Position numbers and translations under genes: made by a program. This document shows, one piece after another, positions 47,205-57,800 of a stretch of 59,030 bases of DNA. The notes under the pieces were generated by a model that ran no database searches, was not told the origin of the DNA, and saw only the letters and a program-made list of their open reading frames with translations. The stretch spans positions 1 through 59,030 of IMG/VR virus record IMGVR_UViG_3300043775_003319. The stretch is one strand, 5' to 3'. This DNA comes from a virus (lineage: Duplodnaviria > Caudoviricetes). Each line of letters starts with the position of its first letter. Position 1 is the first letter of the stretch.

Positions 47205-49817
47205 ATGGCAACATTTTTAAAAGGAGTTACTGATGAGTTTCCACAAATGGATCTATATAAACCTGATTATAGTTTTCTTACACAAGTGTACGGAACTCGT
47301 CAAGGTGAATATGACCGTGGATTTGAGTATGTAAAAAATATAGTTAATTCTGCGTTAAATGATCAGTTAACTTCTGAATCAAATGAAGAATTTCGTAAAC
47401 AAGTATTTAAAAAAATACAAAGTTCTTTAAAAGATATTTCAAATTTAGATTTATCAAATCCTGCAAATATTAGTATTGCAAATTCAATAGTTGATCCAAT
47501 TACACAAGATAAAGAACTTGGTCGTGATATGGCATTGACAAAATTTTACAATAGAGAAATTGGTAAATATAATGCTTTGAAAGCAAGTGATGATCCTAAA
47601 AAAAGAGCACTTGCAAATGATTACAGCATGGCATATATGAACTATGGTATTAATGAATTAAAAAATGCTAAACGCGGTGATGGTAGTATATTAAATGCAC
47701 AACCAAAAAACTTTGTACCATTTGAAGATGTTACAGGATTTCTTGAACAACGTGTAAAAGATTTAAAATTAGAAATTGTTCAAGACAAAGTGCATGGTTT
47801 TTATAAAGTAAAAGAAACAAACGGTGTTGATGCAGGAATACCTTTTGCATTATGGGCAAAAAATGCATTAGAATCAGATGGTAGATTTAATGAACAGCTA
47901 CGTGTCATGGGATTTGTTAATGCAGAAAATGACATTAGACAAGAAATGGAAACAGGTAAAATTTCCAGAGATCAAGCATTGCAAATGGTTGCTAAAAAAT
48001 TAGAAAAACCTGTAACAGAAGAAGTTAAAAAAACCGAAATGCAGTCTAATTTATCATTAGCAGATGTTAAAGAAAAAATTGAATTGTTTGATAGAGAATA
48101 TCCTAATGGAGTACCAGCATTAAAAAAAACATATTATGATGATTTGATGCGTCAAAAAACACAATTAGAAAAAACAGCAGGTAATGCATCAAAAGACTTT
48201 TCTGATGTAACGAAAGGTGGATACGAATACATTGCTCAAAACATGCATAATATTTATAAAAATAATGCGTTAAACAAAATAGCATTAGATTGGGGTAAAA
48301 ATCACGCAAAGGTTACTGCAAAAGTTGAGATTGATCAGGATGATGTGGCAATGAATTTGTATAAAATTAAAGTTGATACAAGTTTAGCATATGCTAAAAT
48401 GAATCAAGATAAAGAACTTGCTTTTATGAAAATGGCGCAAGATGAAAAGATAGAAAATGCAAAATTAGAACTAGAAATAAAAAAGGCAGGTGCAAAAGGT
48501 GAACTACCTGTAAGCACAATTATTGGTACTTCTCAAACAACAGGTTCTATTCCTGCTGTTGATATTTTATCTGAGTCATTGGTAACTACTCGTAATGAAA
48601 TATTTTCTGACGCTTTTGATCCAAAAGATGGAGCATTAAACATTGTTGTTGGTGGAGAAAATTCTGGTAAATTTTATTCAGTAATGGACAAGGTTAAAAG
48701 AATTGCAAACAACAGTAATGAAAAATTAACTCCTGATGAATTAAAACTACTTGGTACTCTTGGTGGACACGCTGGGGTACAAGTATATAATCCTAATTCA
48801 CCAAAACTTGCTCAATCAACAATTGATGCATTAGCTGTAGGTATACATAATAAAGCAAGAAAAATTATACCTGTTCTTGCAGCACAAGGAAGTGTTCAAG
48901 ATTATAAACAACAAGTGTATATTTTAAACAACATGATGGGTAAATTTGATCAAGCTCTTTCTCAAAAAGAACAGATTGAACAAAATTATGAAAATATAGC
49001 AAAGGCAATATTAAACCCAGATGGTTCTGTAAAAGAAACATATGAAGGAAACGTAAAAGTAGTAGGTTATACTAGCAATAATTATCCTATTTTTGATTTA
49101 TCTAAATTGTCAGAAGCACAGAAAAAAGGATTAAGCATTAGAGTTTCTCCTGAGTTTAACAAACGTACAACAGGTACTACAATTACAAGATTGAATACAG
49201 GCGTTACTGCTGATGAATGGGGTAATATTTTTGGAGCAGTGGCTGCTGAAAGCGCAAGTGATGCATCTGTATTTACAAAATTTGCCAACATGAACAACAA
49301 GGCAAGAGCTGAAATGTTAGGTAACGAGTATGAAGTAAGCAGTGATCCTGTTGCTGAAACTGTAAAAATTACAGTAAGAGCTAAAAATGATAAAGAAAAA
49401 GAAGCTACAGCACCTTTAGTTGTAACTATACCATTTGAAACAATTAGCACAAATCCTTCGTTATCAAGATTTAAAAAATTTGTTAAAGAATCTACAATGA
49501 ACAAAACATCTCTTGGTGATTTTAACTCTTTGTTTCAAAATCCAACAGGAACAATAAATGCTAAAAAAACAATTAAAGATACAGGTTTTGATTTTACTGC
49601 TACTGGTAATTATGACAGATATGGTAACTATTCAGTTTCATATAGTACAAAATATTGGGATCCTGTAAAAAACAAATGGGTAAATTCAGGTGTCGATTTT
49701 ATTCCTATGAATGGTCCTGATGATGTTGATGGAATAATAGCATTAGATGAACATATTAAAACACAGTACGAAACTTATATGACTGCGTTAAAAACAATCA
49801 ATAGTAAAAAGAAATAA
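47205..49817 (+). CDS. Large helical virion (cargo-type) protein
   Basis: 870-aa ORF in the cargo block; function inferred from position. Confidence 0.75.
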   Translation: MATFLKGVTDEFPQMDLYKPDYSFLTQVYGTRQGEYDRGFEYVKNIVNSALNDQLTSESNEEFRKQVFKKIQSSLKDISNLDLSNPANISIANSIVDPITQDKELGRDMALTKFYNREIGKYNALKASDDPKKRALANDYSMAYMNYGINELKNAKRGDGSILNAQPKNFVPFEDVTGFLEQRVKDLKLEIVQDKVHGFYKVKETNGVDAGIPFALWAKNALESDGRFNEQLRVMGFVNAENDIRQEMETGKISRDQALQMVAKKLEKPVTEEVKKTEMQSNLSLADVKEKIELFDREYPNGVPALKKTYYDDLMRQKTQLEKTAGNASKDFSDVTKGGYEYIAQNMHNIYKNNALNKIALDWGKNHAKVTAKVEIDQDDVAMNLYKIKVDTSLAYAKMNQDKELAFMKMAQDEKIENAKLELEIKKAGAKGELPVSTIIGTSQTTGSIPAVDILSESLVTTRNEIFSDAFDPKDGALNIVVGGENSGKFYSVMDKVKRIANNSNEKLTPDELKLLGTLGGHAGVQVYNPNSPKLAQSTIDALAVGIHNKARKIIPVLAAQGSVQDYKQQVYILNNMMGKFDQALSQKEQIEQNYENIAKAILNPDGSVKETYEGNVKVVGYTSNNYPIFDLSKLSEAQKKGLSIRVSPEFNKRTTGTTITRLNTGVTADEWGNIFGAVAAESASDASVFTKFANMNNKARAEMLGNEYEVSSDPVAETVKITVRAKNDKEKEATAPLVVTIPFETISTNPSLSRFKKFVKESTMNKTSLGDFNSLFQNPTGTINAKKTIKDTGFDFTATGNYDRYGNYSVSYSTKYWDPVKNKWVNSGVDFIPMNGPDDVDGIIALDEHIKTQYETYMTALKTINSKKK

Positions 49818-49823
49818 CAAGTC

Positions 49824-52800
49824 ATGGCTGAAAACACAGAATTAGAAGCATCTGCATTAAACACTGTTGATGCGAATCAACAAGAAGATTTTGCGTCATT
49901 AATGTCATCAAATAATCAAGCACAGATGTTTTTAGATACAGAAGCACTTGCGCCTGAAACATCTTCTGATGGTCCTGGAGGAGATCCTCTTGGTGAAACA
50001 ATGCGTTATTCACAACATGTTGGTAGACAACAATTGCAAAATAAAATTGCACCTCCTACATCTCTTGTAGAATCTTTAACTTATCAAAAGTCACCTGGTA
50101 TACGCTACTTAGATGCAGATAGTATTGCAAATTTTACACAACAAGAATCATATAATCCAGATGGATTTAATCCAAAAGATCCTACTAATTATACAAGATT
50201 TGCAGCAAGAGAAACTTGGGGTACAGCGTTATCAAAAGGATTTGATTCTATGTCAAGCAAATTTGGTGCAGCGTTTAAAGAAAACTTTGTTGGTTATGGT
50301 AGATTAGGTTCTGCTCTTGCAAACATGGACATGTCATTGTTAATGGCTTCTGAAGATGAAATGATGCAACAATATTACCAAGATCAAAAGGATGCACAAA
50401 AAAACTTTGTGTTTCAAAAACCTGAAGATCAAGATAGTATTTTTTCAAAAGGAAGTGTGTCTGAATTTATTGGCAGTAGTGGTTTCATGCTTGGAACATT
50501 TGCAGCATTGTCTTTAGAAATTGCAGCAGACATACTAATCACAGCTGCTACTGTTCCTTCTGGTGGAGAAGGTGCAGCATTATTTGCTCCAACCTTTGCA
50601 AAAATAGGCGCCAATTTTGGAAGACTTATGGGTAAGGAAGCGTTAGAAGTTGGTGCAAGAGAATCTGCAGAGGCGCTTGCTAAAAAACAAAACATGTTCA
50701 GAGAAGCAGCTGAAGGATTCACATTAGGTAATAAATCTGCAGAAGAAATAAGATTATTAAATAAAATTGGAGAAGCATCTGCAATCTCTAATACAACAGG
50801 TAGTGCAGCAAGACAAGCATTAAACGATACCTTTACTGTTTTTAACGGTAATTTACCAGCAATATTGAAATCAAAAACTGTTCTTGAAATGACAGGTAAT
50901 GTTGCAAGAGGATTACCCTTGGTAGGTACAGGAATTAGATATGGTGAAAAGGTTGTCGCAGGTGTTGAAGCAGGAGTTTCAACAGCAAAATTAATGGGTA
51001 TTGGTGCGCAAGGTTTAAGACGTGTTGTACAAGAATATAATATGTCAGCTACAGAAGCATCTTTTGAAGCTGTTTCTTCATATGGAGATACATTAAACAA
51101 ACTTGTAGAAAATCATCGAATGAATAACAACGGTGATAACCCTAATGAAACACAGTTTGAAGAAATGCGTAAGTTGTCCATGGATTCAAGTGGAGCAAAT
51201 TACAAAACAAACATGGCAATATTATTAGCAACTAACAAGTTGCAATTTGGAAACATGTTTAATAAGTTTTTACCTGCTAATAAAACAATGCGAGAATTGA
51301 TTGAAGCAAGTAAAGATAATCTAGTACTTGTGGAAAAAAATGGTTTAAAGAAATTTTACAAAAAAGGATTTGCAGGAGCGTACGGTGTCACAGGACAAAT
51401 TGCACGTGACTTTGGTAAAAAAGAAGCAACATTCCAAGTAGGTAAAGCTTTCTTTAAGGACATGACAAGATTTGAACTTGTAGAAGGTTTACAAGAAAAT
51501 TTACAAAGTATTTCTGCAAATGGTTGGAAAGACTATTATATTGGTCAGTATCAAAAATCTAATTCCATATTGAGTGAGTCTTTTGGTAAAGCTTTTGAAG
51601 ATGAGATTAGTAAACAAGGTTTGAAAACATTTTTAATGGGTGCTCTTACAGGTACACTTGTCAGATTACCTGTTCACATGACAACTAAAGGATTAGAAGC
51701 TGCTTCTAATAAGCTTACTGAAAGACAGTATGCAAAAAATCCAGGAGAAAATCCTGTAGAAAGAGTAAAGAAACAATTTGATAAAGACATTGAAACTTTA
51801 AATACATTTTTTAAACAAACAGAAGAAAGAGCTTTTAAACATAAAATTGTAAATTTTGTCAATCAGGTACAAGAAGGACAGAATCAAGCAGAAGCTGCAG
51901 CAAAAGGTTTAAGATACGAATTTGAAAACAGTAGAGATAATGCATTAGTTTCTGCAATTAGTGCTGCAAAACGTACAGAATCTATTGATGTATTACAAAG
52001 AGCTGTTTCTGAAATGGGTATCGATATGACAAATGAAGATTTTGAAAAATCATTTGGAGTAAAACTTGAAGATACCAAATATGCTACACCATTAGATTTT
52101 ACAAGAAATCTTTCAAAAGATATTAAAAAATATTCTGATGTAACAGATGGCATAAGAAATAAAGTTAAAAACTTTACAGAACCAACACTGTATACACCTG
52201 GCACTAAAGATTATTTTACAGCAATGATTGCTCGTTCTGCAGAAGAAGATGCTGTTCATACTATTGCAATGAATGCTATTAAAAGTGATATGACTGCAAA
52301 ACGTGCACAACAAATATCACAAGAATTATTAAGCAATAAAAGTCTTGCTAATAGTTCTGACTATGCCATTCGTGTTTTGACAGATCCTAAATATCTTAAT
52401 GATGAAAAAGGAAACATAATATCTGAGTTAAAAATTTATGAAGAAAATTTAAAACAAAATGCAGATCCTGCTCTTACAGATAAAATTAAAAAACAAATAG
52501 AAGATAAAAAACAAGAACTTGAACATTTAAAAAAATGGCAGTCTTTTTTTAGTACAAGACCTGATGTTAACATAGGTTTAAATGCAGAAGGAGAAGTCGA
52601 AACACAAGAGAACATTGTGTTGGATACTTTTGTTGGAAAACGTATTGATAAAATGCAAACCTTAGTAGACGGTTATGGTGAACCTCTTGACATTTTTGAA
52701 ACAACTTTTGATACAAATGATAATGAAGTTATTGAAACGTTTAGACAATTGATTAATGTTAAAAATAAACAGTCAGGTTCAGATGTTCAAATTTCAGAAA

Positions 52801-54836
52801 CAGAAATGCGCGATGTTCATAGCAAGTTGGTTGATTATATGAAACTTGATAAAGATACTAAAGATTACATGAGTGCTGTTGATACACTTATGAATCCTGA
52901 AAACTTTAAACATGCGTTGGGTAAAATGACTGACGGTAAAATGAAGTTTTATGTATTATCATGGTTAGATCGTTTTAATTATGAAATTTACAATAATATT
53001 GAAGGACCGGAAGGTTTAGTAGCAAGTTTAAATGAAACTGGTAAATTAAACAAAGCTGATATAGTTTTTTTAGTACAAGATATTTGGAATGCTGTATATG
53101 AAAATGAAAACTATAAAAATCTATTAACAATATCGCTTGATCCAAATCTTGGAATTAACAATAGTGAATATGCTCAAAAGTTAGTTGATAAATTACGTGA
53201 TGATATAGTATTAAGATTTTCTGAGATTGTTAAAAAATATACACCGTCAGAGTATGCTGAAGATTTGACAAACGAAGAGTATGATGATATTATTGCCACT
53301 GGTAAAATAGAACCTGTAAAAGAACAATTACTTGTAGATAAAATTGCACGTGGTGAAATTGAACTTGGACCAAACGAACAAAAAATTGTAAATTCTGAAC
53401 AATTTAAAGCGTCTATTGAAGCTCAGGTGCTGACTGCAAAACAAAAACTTGTACAAAAAACAACAGGTACAGAAGTCTTTCAAGATTCTGATGGTAAATT
53501 TGGAGTTGTTTCAAGTAATGGAGAAGTTATAACAGAAGGTTATAATACTGAAGAAGAAGCACTTGCTGCAAGTCAAGAAATGACAAACACTTCAGAAATA
53601 CCTGTTAGCGAAATTCCAGAAACAACACCTGGGCAACAATATGCAGACATGTCAGAACTTGAATTACAACACAGACTTGATGATGTAAACGAGTCTTATG
53701 ACGAAATGATACATTATGCTACGCAAGAAGAGATAGATGATTTATTAAAAGAAAAAAATTATATACTTGAAGCAATACGTAAAAAAGCAAATCAAACTCC
53801 AGCATCAAATCCTCCTGAAATAGAAGATGTTGCTGAACCTGATAATATTATTGTTCCAATACCTGAAACGTTATTAGTTGGTACTCCTATATTTTATGTT
53901 AATAATCCATCGATAAAAGGTGTAATAACAGGTATTGATTTAAAAACTAATACTGTTGCGTATGAAACTGATAAGGTTGACAATGAAGAAGATTATTCAG
54001 AGTTTATTAAATCTTATGCTGTAGAAGAACAACCGCCTGTAACACCACCTGCTGCATCTATAACACCAACAGCGCCTGTTGCAGTATCTCCTGTTACTTC
54101 AACAGCTGCTCCTACACCTGATGTAACTCAAATAAGTGAAAGTAACGAAGATGGATTTGTAAGTTTATCTGAAGAAAACTTTGTGAGAAGTCTGATGGGA
54201 CTTCCACCGCTAGAATCAATGGAACCGTTTGTTGTTGAAACAAACAATGAAGAAACATATGATATAAAAGATTCAGAAAATAATACAGTACAAACATTTA
54301 CTACTGAAAAAAAGGCACAAGAAGTTGCAACTTCAGCAAACAATACTAGAAAAGACGTTGATTTTGTAAAGAAATTTATGGATGAAGTGTTGACAAATGT
54401 TGAAGACAAGATTGACATTGTTATGTATACAAGCATGCTGTCACGTGGTGAAAGATCTATGAAATTGTATAATAAGAAACACGGTACTGAATATAAAACA
54501 TTAGAAGAATACGCTGCTAAAAAACATGGTAGAAAAAGTCTTGAAGGTATTCGAGAATCTGTAATTACAGGTAAAAAAATTAAATACCAATCTAAAAAGG
54601 TTTCAATTAAAAAACCTACAGAAGAGGTTCAAGTTAATTTATTTGACACTGTTAATACACCTGACATATTATCTACTAATCGTAATATTTTGGAAAGTTT
54701 AAACAATGAACTGTCAGATTTTAAATCAATTGTAGAAGAAAATTCAAAAGAAATTAGTAAATTTGTAGATGAGGGTACTATTTCTGAGTCATCAATTCTT
54801 GAACAATTAAAAGAAGCAGCTAAATGCTTTAAGTAA
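49824..54836 (+). CDS. Large cargo/ejection protein with N-terminal hydrophobic helices
   Basis: 1670 aa; GFMLGTFAALSLEIAADILITAAT, ATEASFEA and EGLQENLQ segments; Pro/Thr/Glu-rich linker near the end. Confidence 0.78.
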   Translation: MAENTELEASALNTVDANQQEDFASLMSSNNQAQMFLDTEALAPETSSDGPGGDPLGETMRYSQHVGRQQLQNKIAPPTSLVESLTYQKSPGIRYLDADSIANFTQQESYNPDGFNPKDPTNYTRFAARETWGTALSKGFDSMSSKFGAAFKENFVGYGRLGSALANMDMSLLMASEDEMMQQYYQDQKDAQKNFVFQKPEDQDSIFSKGSVSEFIGSSGFMLGTFAALSLEIAADILITAATVPSGGEGAALFAPTFAKIGANFGRLMGKEALEVGARESAEALAKKQNMFREAAEGFTLGNKSAEEIRLLNKIGEASAISNTTGSAARQALNDTFTVFNGNLPAILKSKTVLEMTGNVARGLPLVGTGIRYGEKVVAGVEAGVSTAKLMGIGAQGLRRVVQEYNMSATEASFEAVSSYGDTLNKLVENHRMNNNGDNPNETQFEEMRKLSMDSSGANYKTNMAILLATNKLQFGNMFNKFLPANKTMRELIEASKDNLVLVEKNGLKKFYKKGFAGAYGVTGQIARDFGKKEATFQVGKAFFKDMTRFELVEGLQENLQSISANGWKDYYIGQYQKSNSILSESFGKAFEDEISKQGLKTFLMGALTGTLVRLPVHMTTKGLEAASNKLTERQYAKNPGENPVERVKKQFDKDIETLNTFFKQTEERAFKHKIVNFVNQVQEGQNQAEAAAKGLRYEFENSRDNALVSAISAAKRTESIDVLQRAVSEMGIDMTNEDFEKSFGVKLEDTKYATPLDFTRNLSKDIKKYSDVTDGIRNKVKNFTEPTLYTPGTKDYFTAMIARSAEEDAVHTIAMNAIKSDMTAKRAQQISQELLSNKSLANSSDYAIRVLTDPKYLNDEKGNIISELKIYEENLKQNADPALTDKIKKQIEDKKQELEHLKKWQSFFSTRPDVNIGLNAEGEVETQENIVLDTFVGKRIDKMQTLVDGYGEPLDIFETTFDTNDNEVIETFRQLINVKNKQSGSDVQISETEMRDVHSKLVDYMKLDKDTKDYMSAVDTLMNPENFKHALGKMTDGKMKFYVLSWLDRFNYEIYNNIEGPEGLVASLNETGKLNKADIVFLVQDIWNAVYENENYKNLLTISLDPNLGINNSEYAQKLVDKLRDDIVLRFSEIVKKYTPSEYAEDLTNEEYDDIIATGKIEPVKEQLLVDKIARGEIELGPNEQKIVNSEQFKASIEAQVLTAKQKLVQKTTGTEVFQDSDGKFGVVSSNGEVITEGYNTEEEALAASQEMTNTSEIPVSEIPETTPGQQYADMSELELQHRLDDVNESYDEMIHYATQEEIDDLLKEKNYILEAIRKKANQTPASNPPEIEDVAEPDNIIVPIPETLLVGTPIFYVNNPSIKGVITGIDLKTNTVAYETDKVDNEEDYSEFIKSYAVEEQPPVTPPAASITPTAPVAVSPVTSTAAPTPDVTQISESNEDGFVSLSEENFVRSLMGLPPLESMEPFVVETNNEETYDIKDSENNTVQTFTTEKKAQEVATSANNTRKDVDFVKKFMDEVLTNVEDKIDIVMYTSMLSRGERSMKLYNKKHGTEYKTLEEYAAKKHGRKSLEGIRESVITGKKIKYQSKKVSIKKPTEEVQVNLFDTVNTPDILSTNRNILESLNNELSDFKSIVEENSKEISKFVDEGTISESSILEQLKEAAKCFK

Positions 54837-54854
54837 ATAAACAAAATCACTTTT

Positions 54855-57800
54855 ATGAAACAGTGTGAAATAACAACTGGTCAATACGTATCAATTGTAA
54901 AAAATCTGATTAAATTAAATCCTAACGAATATCGAAACTTTGACAAAACAGCAGAGTTTATTTTAAAGAGTGGTCTTTCAACTAATGAAAAATCACTTTC
55001 TTTATTTTCAATATCTGAGATTTATATAGGTTTAAACGAACTTGACGGTTCATTTTATCAATTAGGTAATGCTTTAAAAGTTGCAGATGCAAAATTATTA
55101 TTACCAACTCCTGACAAATTTATAGCATCTGTTAGTACATTGTACAATGTTAAAAAATCTCCAGTTTTAAAAGCAGAAGTTATTGAGAAAAAAATTCAAC
55201 AATTGTCTGAATTAAATGCTATAACAGAAGGTGATTTAAAAGGATCAGATGGTGTATTGACAGTAATTAAAAATTATTTTAACACACACGAGTTTGAAAG
55301 TCTTGAAGAAAGAGAGGAAGTATTAAAAAGTATTAGTAGCGAATTAAAAAATGTTATTCGTGAACTTGATACTACAGCTTCTCAGAAAGAGTTTTTATTA
55401 AGTAGAATTGATTCTGTCATTACATCATTAGATAAAAAATCTGATTTTATATCTATACGTGATATTGCGTCTCTTGCAGAATTAGATAACAACATTGTTA
55501 CATTAAAGAATAATCAAATTGTTGAAGCAGTAGCTAAACCAGAAGGATTATTTACAACGGATGAATTTGGTAACGAACGTAAAATTGAAGACTCAGAAAT
55601 GTTGAGCAGTAAATCTGCGCGTAACGATGATTACTCAAGAAGTAACACAGGACAACAAGAGTTTTTTGAAGATACAATTACTTCTAATTTTAAGATCCAA
55701 CCAGTTGAAAATGATGTTTTTCTTAAACAAAAAATAGAAGAAAAACTTAAAAAAATGGGAGACAACCCATCTGCTGGTGTACGCATATTTGCTGTACAGT
55801 TAAGTGGTGTAGGTGATGAACGTCTTAACAGAATACAAGAACTTGCTTCTAATCCAAAATACAAAGGACTTGCTAATAGAACTTACGAAACATTTGAGAA
55901 TGAAACTCAAATTAATTATTTAAAGTCTACTTCAAAAGGAACTGTTATCACTGTTGCAAGACCTCAAAAATCAGAAAGCAAATTTGCATTAATGGGTGAA
56001 ATAATTGGAACCGGTGAAAAGTTTTATTTATATCCTCTTGACAATTATGTTTTTCTAAACAGTGATAATACTACTGTAAAAATTGATTTTTCTAATCCTG
56101 TACATCTTGCTAAAGTTAAAGAACTTTCTATCAAAACATTAAACGATAAAACTCAAACAGAATTATCTGAAGATGATTTGTTAAATATGAAAAATGCTTT
56201 TGAAGTATATAAAGGTTTTAAAGAAAATTTAGAAACAATTGTTGAACCTCAGTTTTCTGAAGATGTTACTTCTGTAGATGTTACAGAACAATTTTTTTCT
56301 CAATATAATTTAGGAACAACAACCTTTGGTAAAAAACAAGTTTACGACTTAAAAGATGAAATTGAAGAAGATCCTGCTCTTTCACGTAAATTAATAATTG
56401 CCACTATTGATACTGCAGGTGATATTATTAAACAAGAAGAAAGAAATGTAATATTTGCATTTACAAAAATTTCTGATAGAAAAGATGCTCAAGGTAACTA
56501 TCCTGAAAAAGCAGAACAAAATCAATATCAATTACAAAACACATTAAATGACAATGAAAGAATTGTAGTTGTCAATGAACTTGGAGAAATAGAAGATACG
56601 GTAACTCAACAATATTATTTAGATTCTTACTTAAAAATAAATGACGCCTATATTAAAAATGAAATTTTTAAAGGAAAGGGATATGAAACACAAAGTCATA
56701 TTATTATAAGATTTAATAATAAAGGTACACATGGTTGGCGTGTAGTAGAACCTGTTAATATAATGGGTCAGTTAGAAGGATTTGCAACATTTATAACTAC
56801 ACTGGCAGATGTGTTAAATGCGCCTGATAAACAATCACAGTTAAATAAATTTAACAGAAATGTTTATGCTTTTAAATCTTTTGCGTCTAAATCAGGAAAA
56901 GTAGAGTTGTATGTAAATTTTGCAAGTTCTCCGCAAATTTCTGGAAAATCATATTTGCAAGTAGAAGTGAGACCTGCAAATAAAAAATCAGATAGTAAAT
57001 ATGGTTTTATAGAAACTAACAAAGGATTTTTTAATTTTCCATTAGTAGAAGAAGAAGGTAAAATAAAAACGTTAGCAAACACTTTGCGTGGTAATACTTC
57101 TTTGGTTCAAAATGTAGTTGCTGAAAATGTTATATTTTCTGAATTAGATTTAAACAAACCTAAAGATCTTGCTAAATTTTATTCATTAGTAAATGAATTA
57201 TCAAAAGATTCTAATCCTTCTGAAAATGTTATTAACTTAATTGATGCTGTTAAAAAACAACAACATGCTTTTGGTGAAATACTTTCTCAAAAAGTAGTTG
57301 GTAAATTGTTAGAAAATGGTGAAAAGTTTCCTGGATTTTTAGAAAACTTTAACGAAGATTATCCTAATCCTGAGCATCTTGTTGTTGACATAGATGAAGA
57401 AGGTAATAAAATTTCACGTGTTGTATTTGGTCAATTTAATAATACTCAAGCAAGAAGAGATTATGAAAAAAATGCAACTAGTTTTAAAATAAAAGATATT
57501 TCAAAAAAACGATTGGTAATTACTTCTAAAACGCCATCTGCAAAAAGTACACCTGTGGTTAACAAAGGACCTTTAGAAGTAACAAATCACCCTGTAGAAA
57601 ATATTCCTATTAGTCAACCTCTTTCTTCTTCAGAATACACTGAAGAAACAGCTGCTAATATAATTGATTTGACAGATGACATTCCTGAAAACGAATTGTT
57701 TTCTATTTCTAATACTGAAGTACAAACAGAAACAAAAGCAGAAAGACAAAAGGCTGTGCAATGGTTACAAAAAATATTACCACAATTTGGTATTAGTTCA

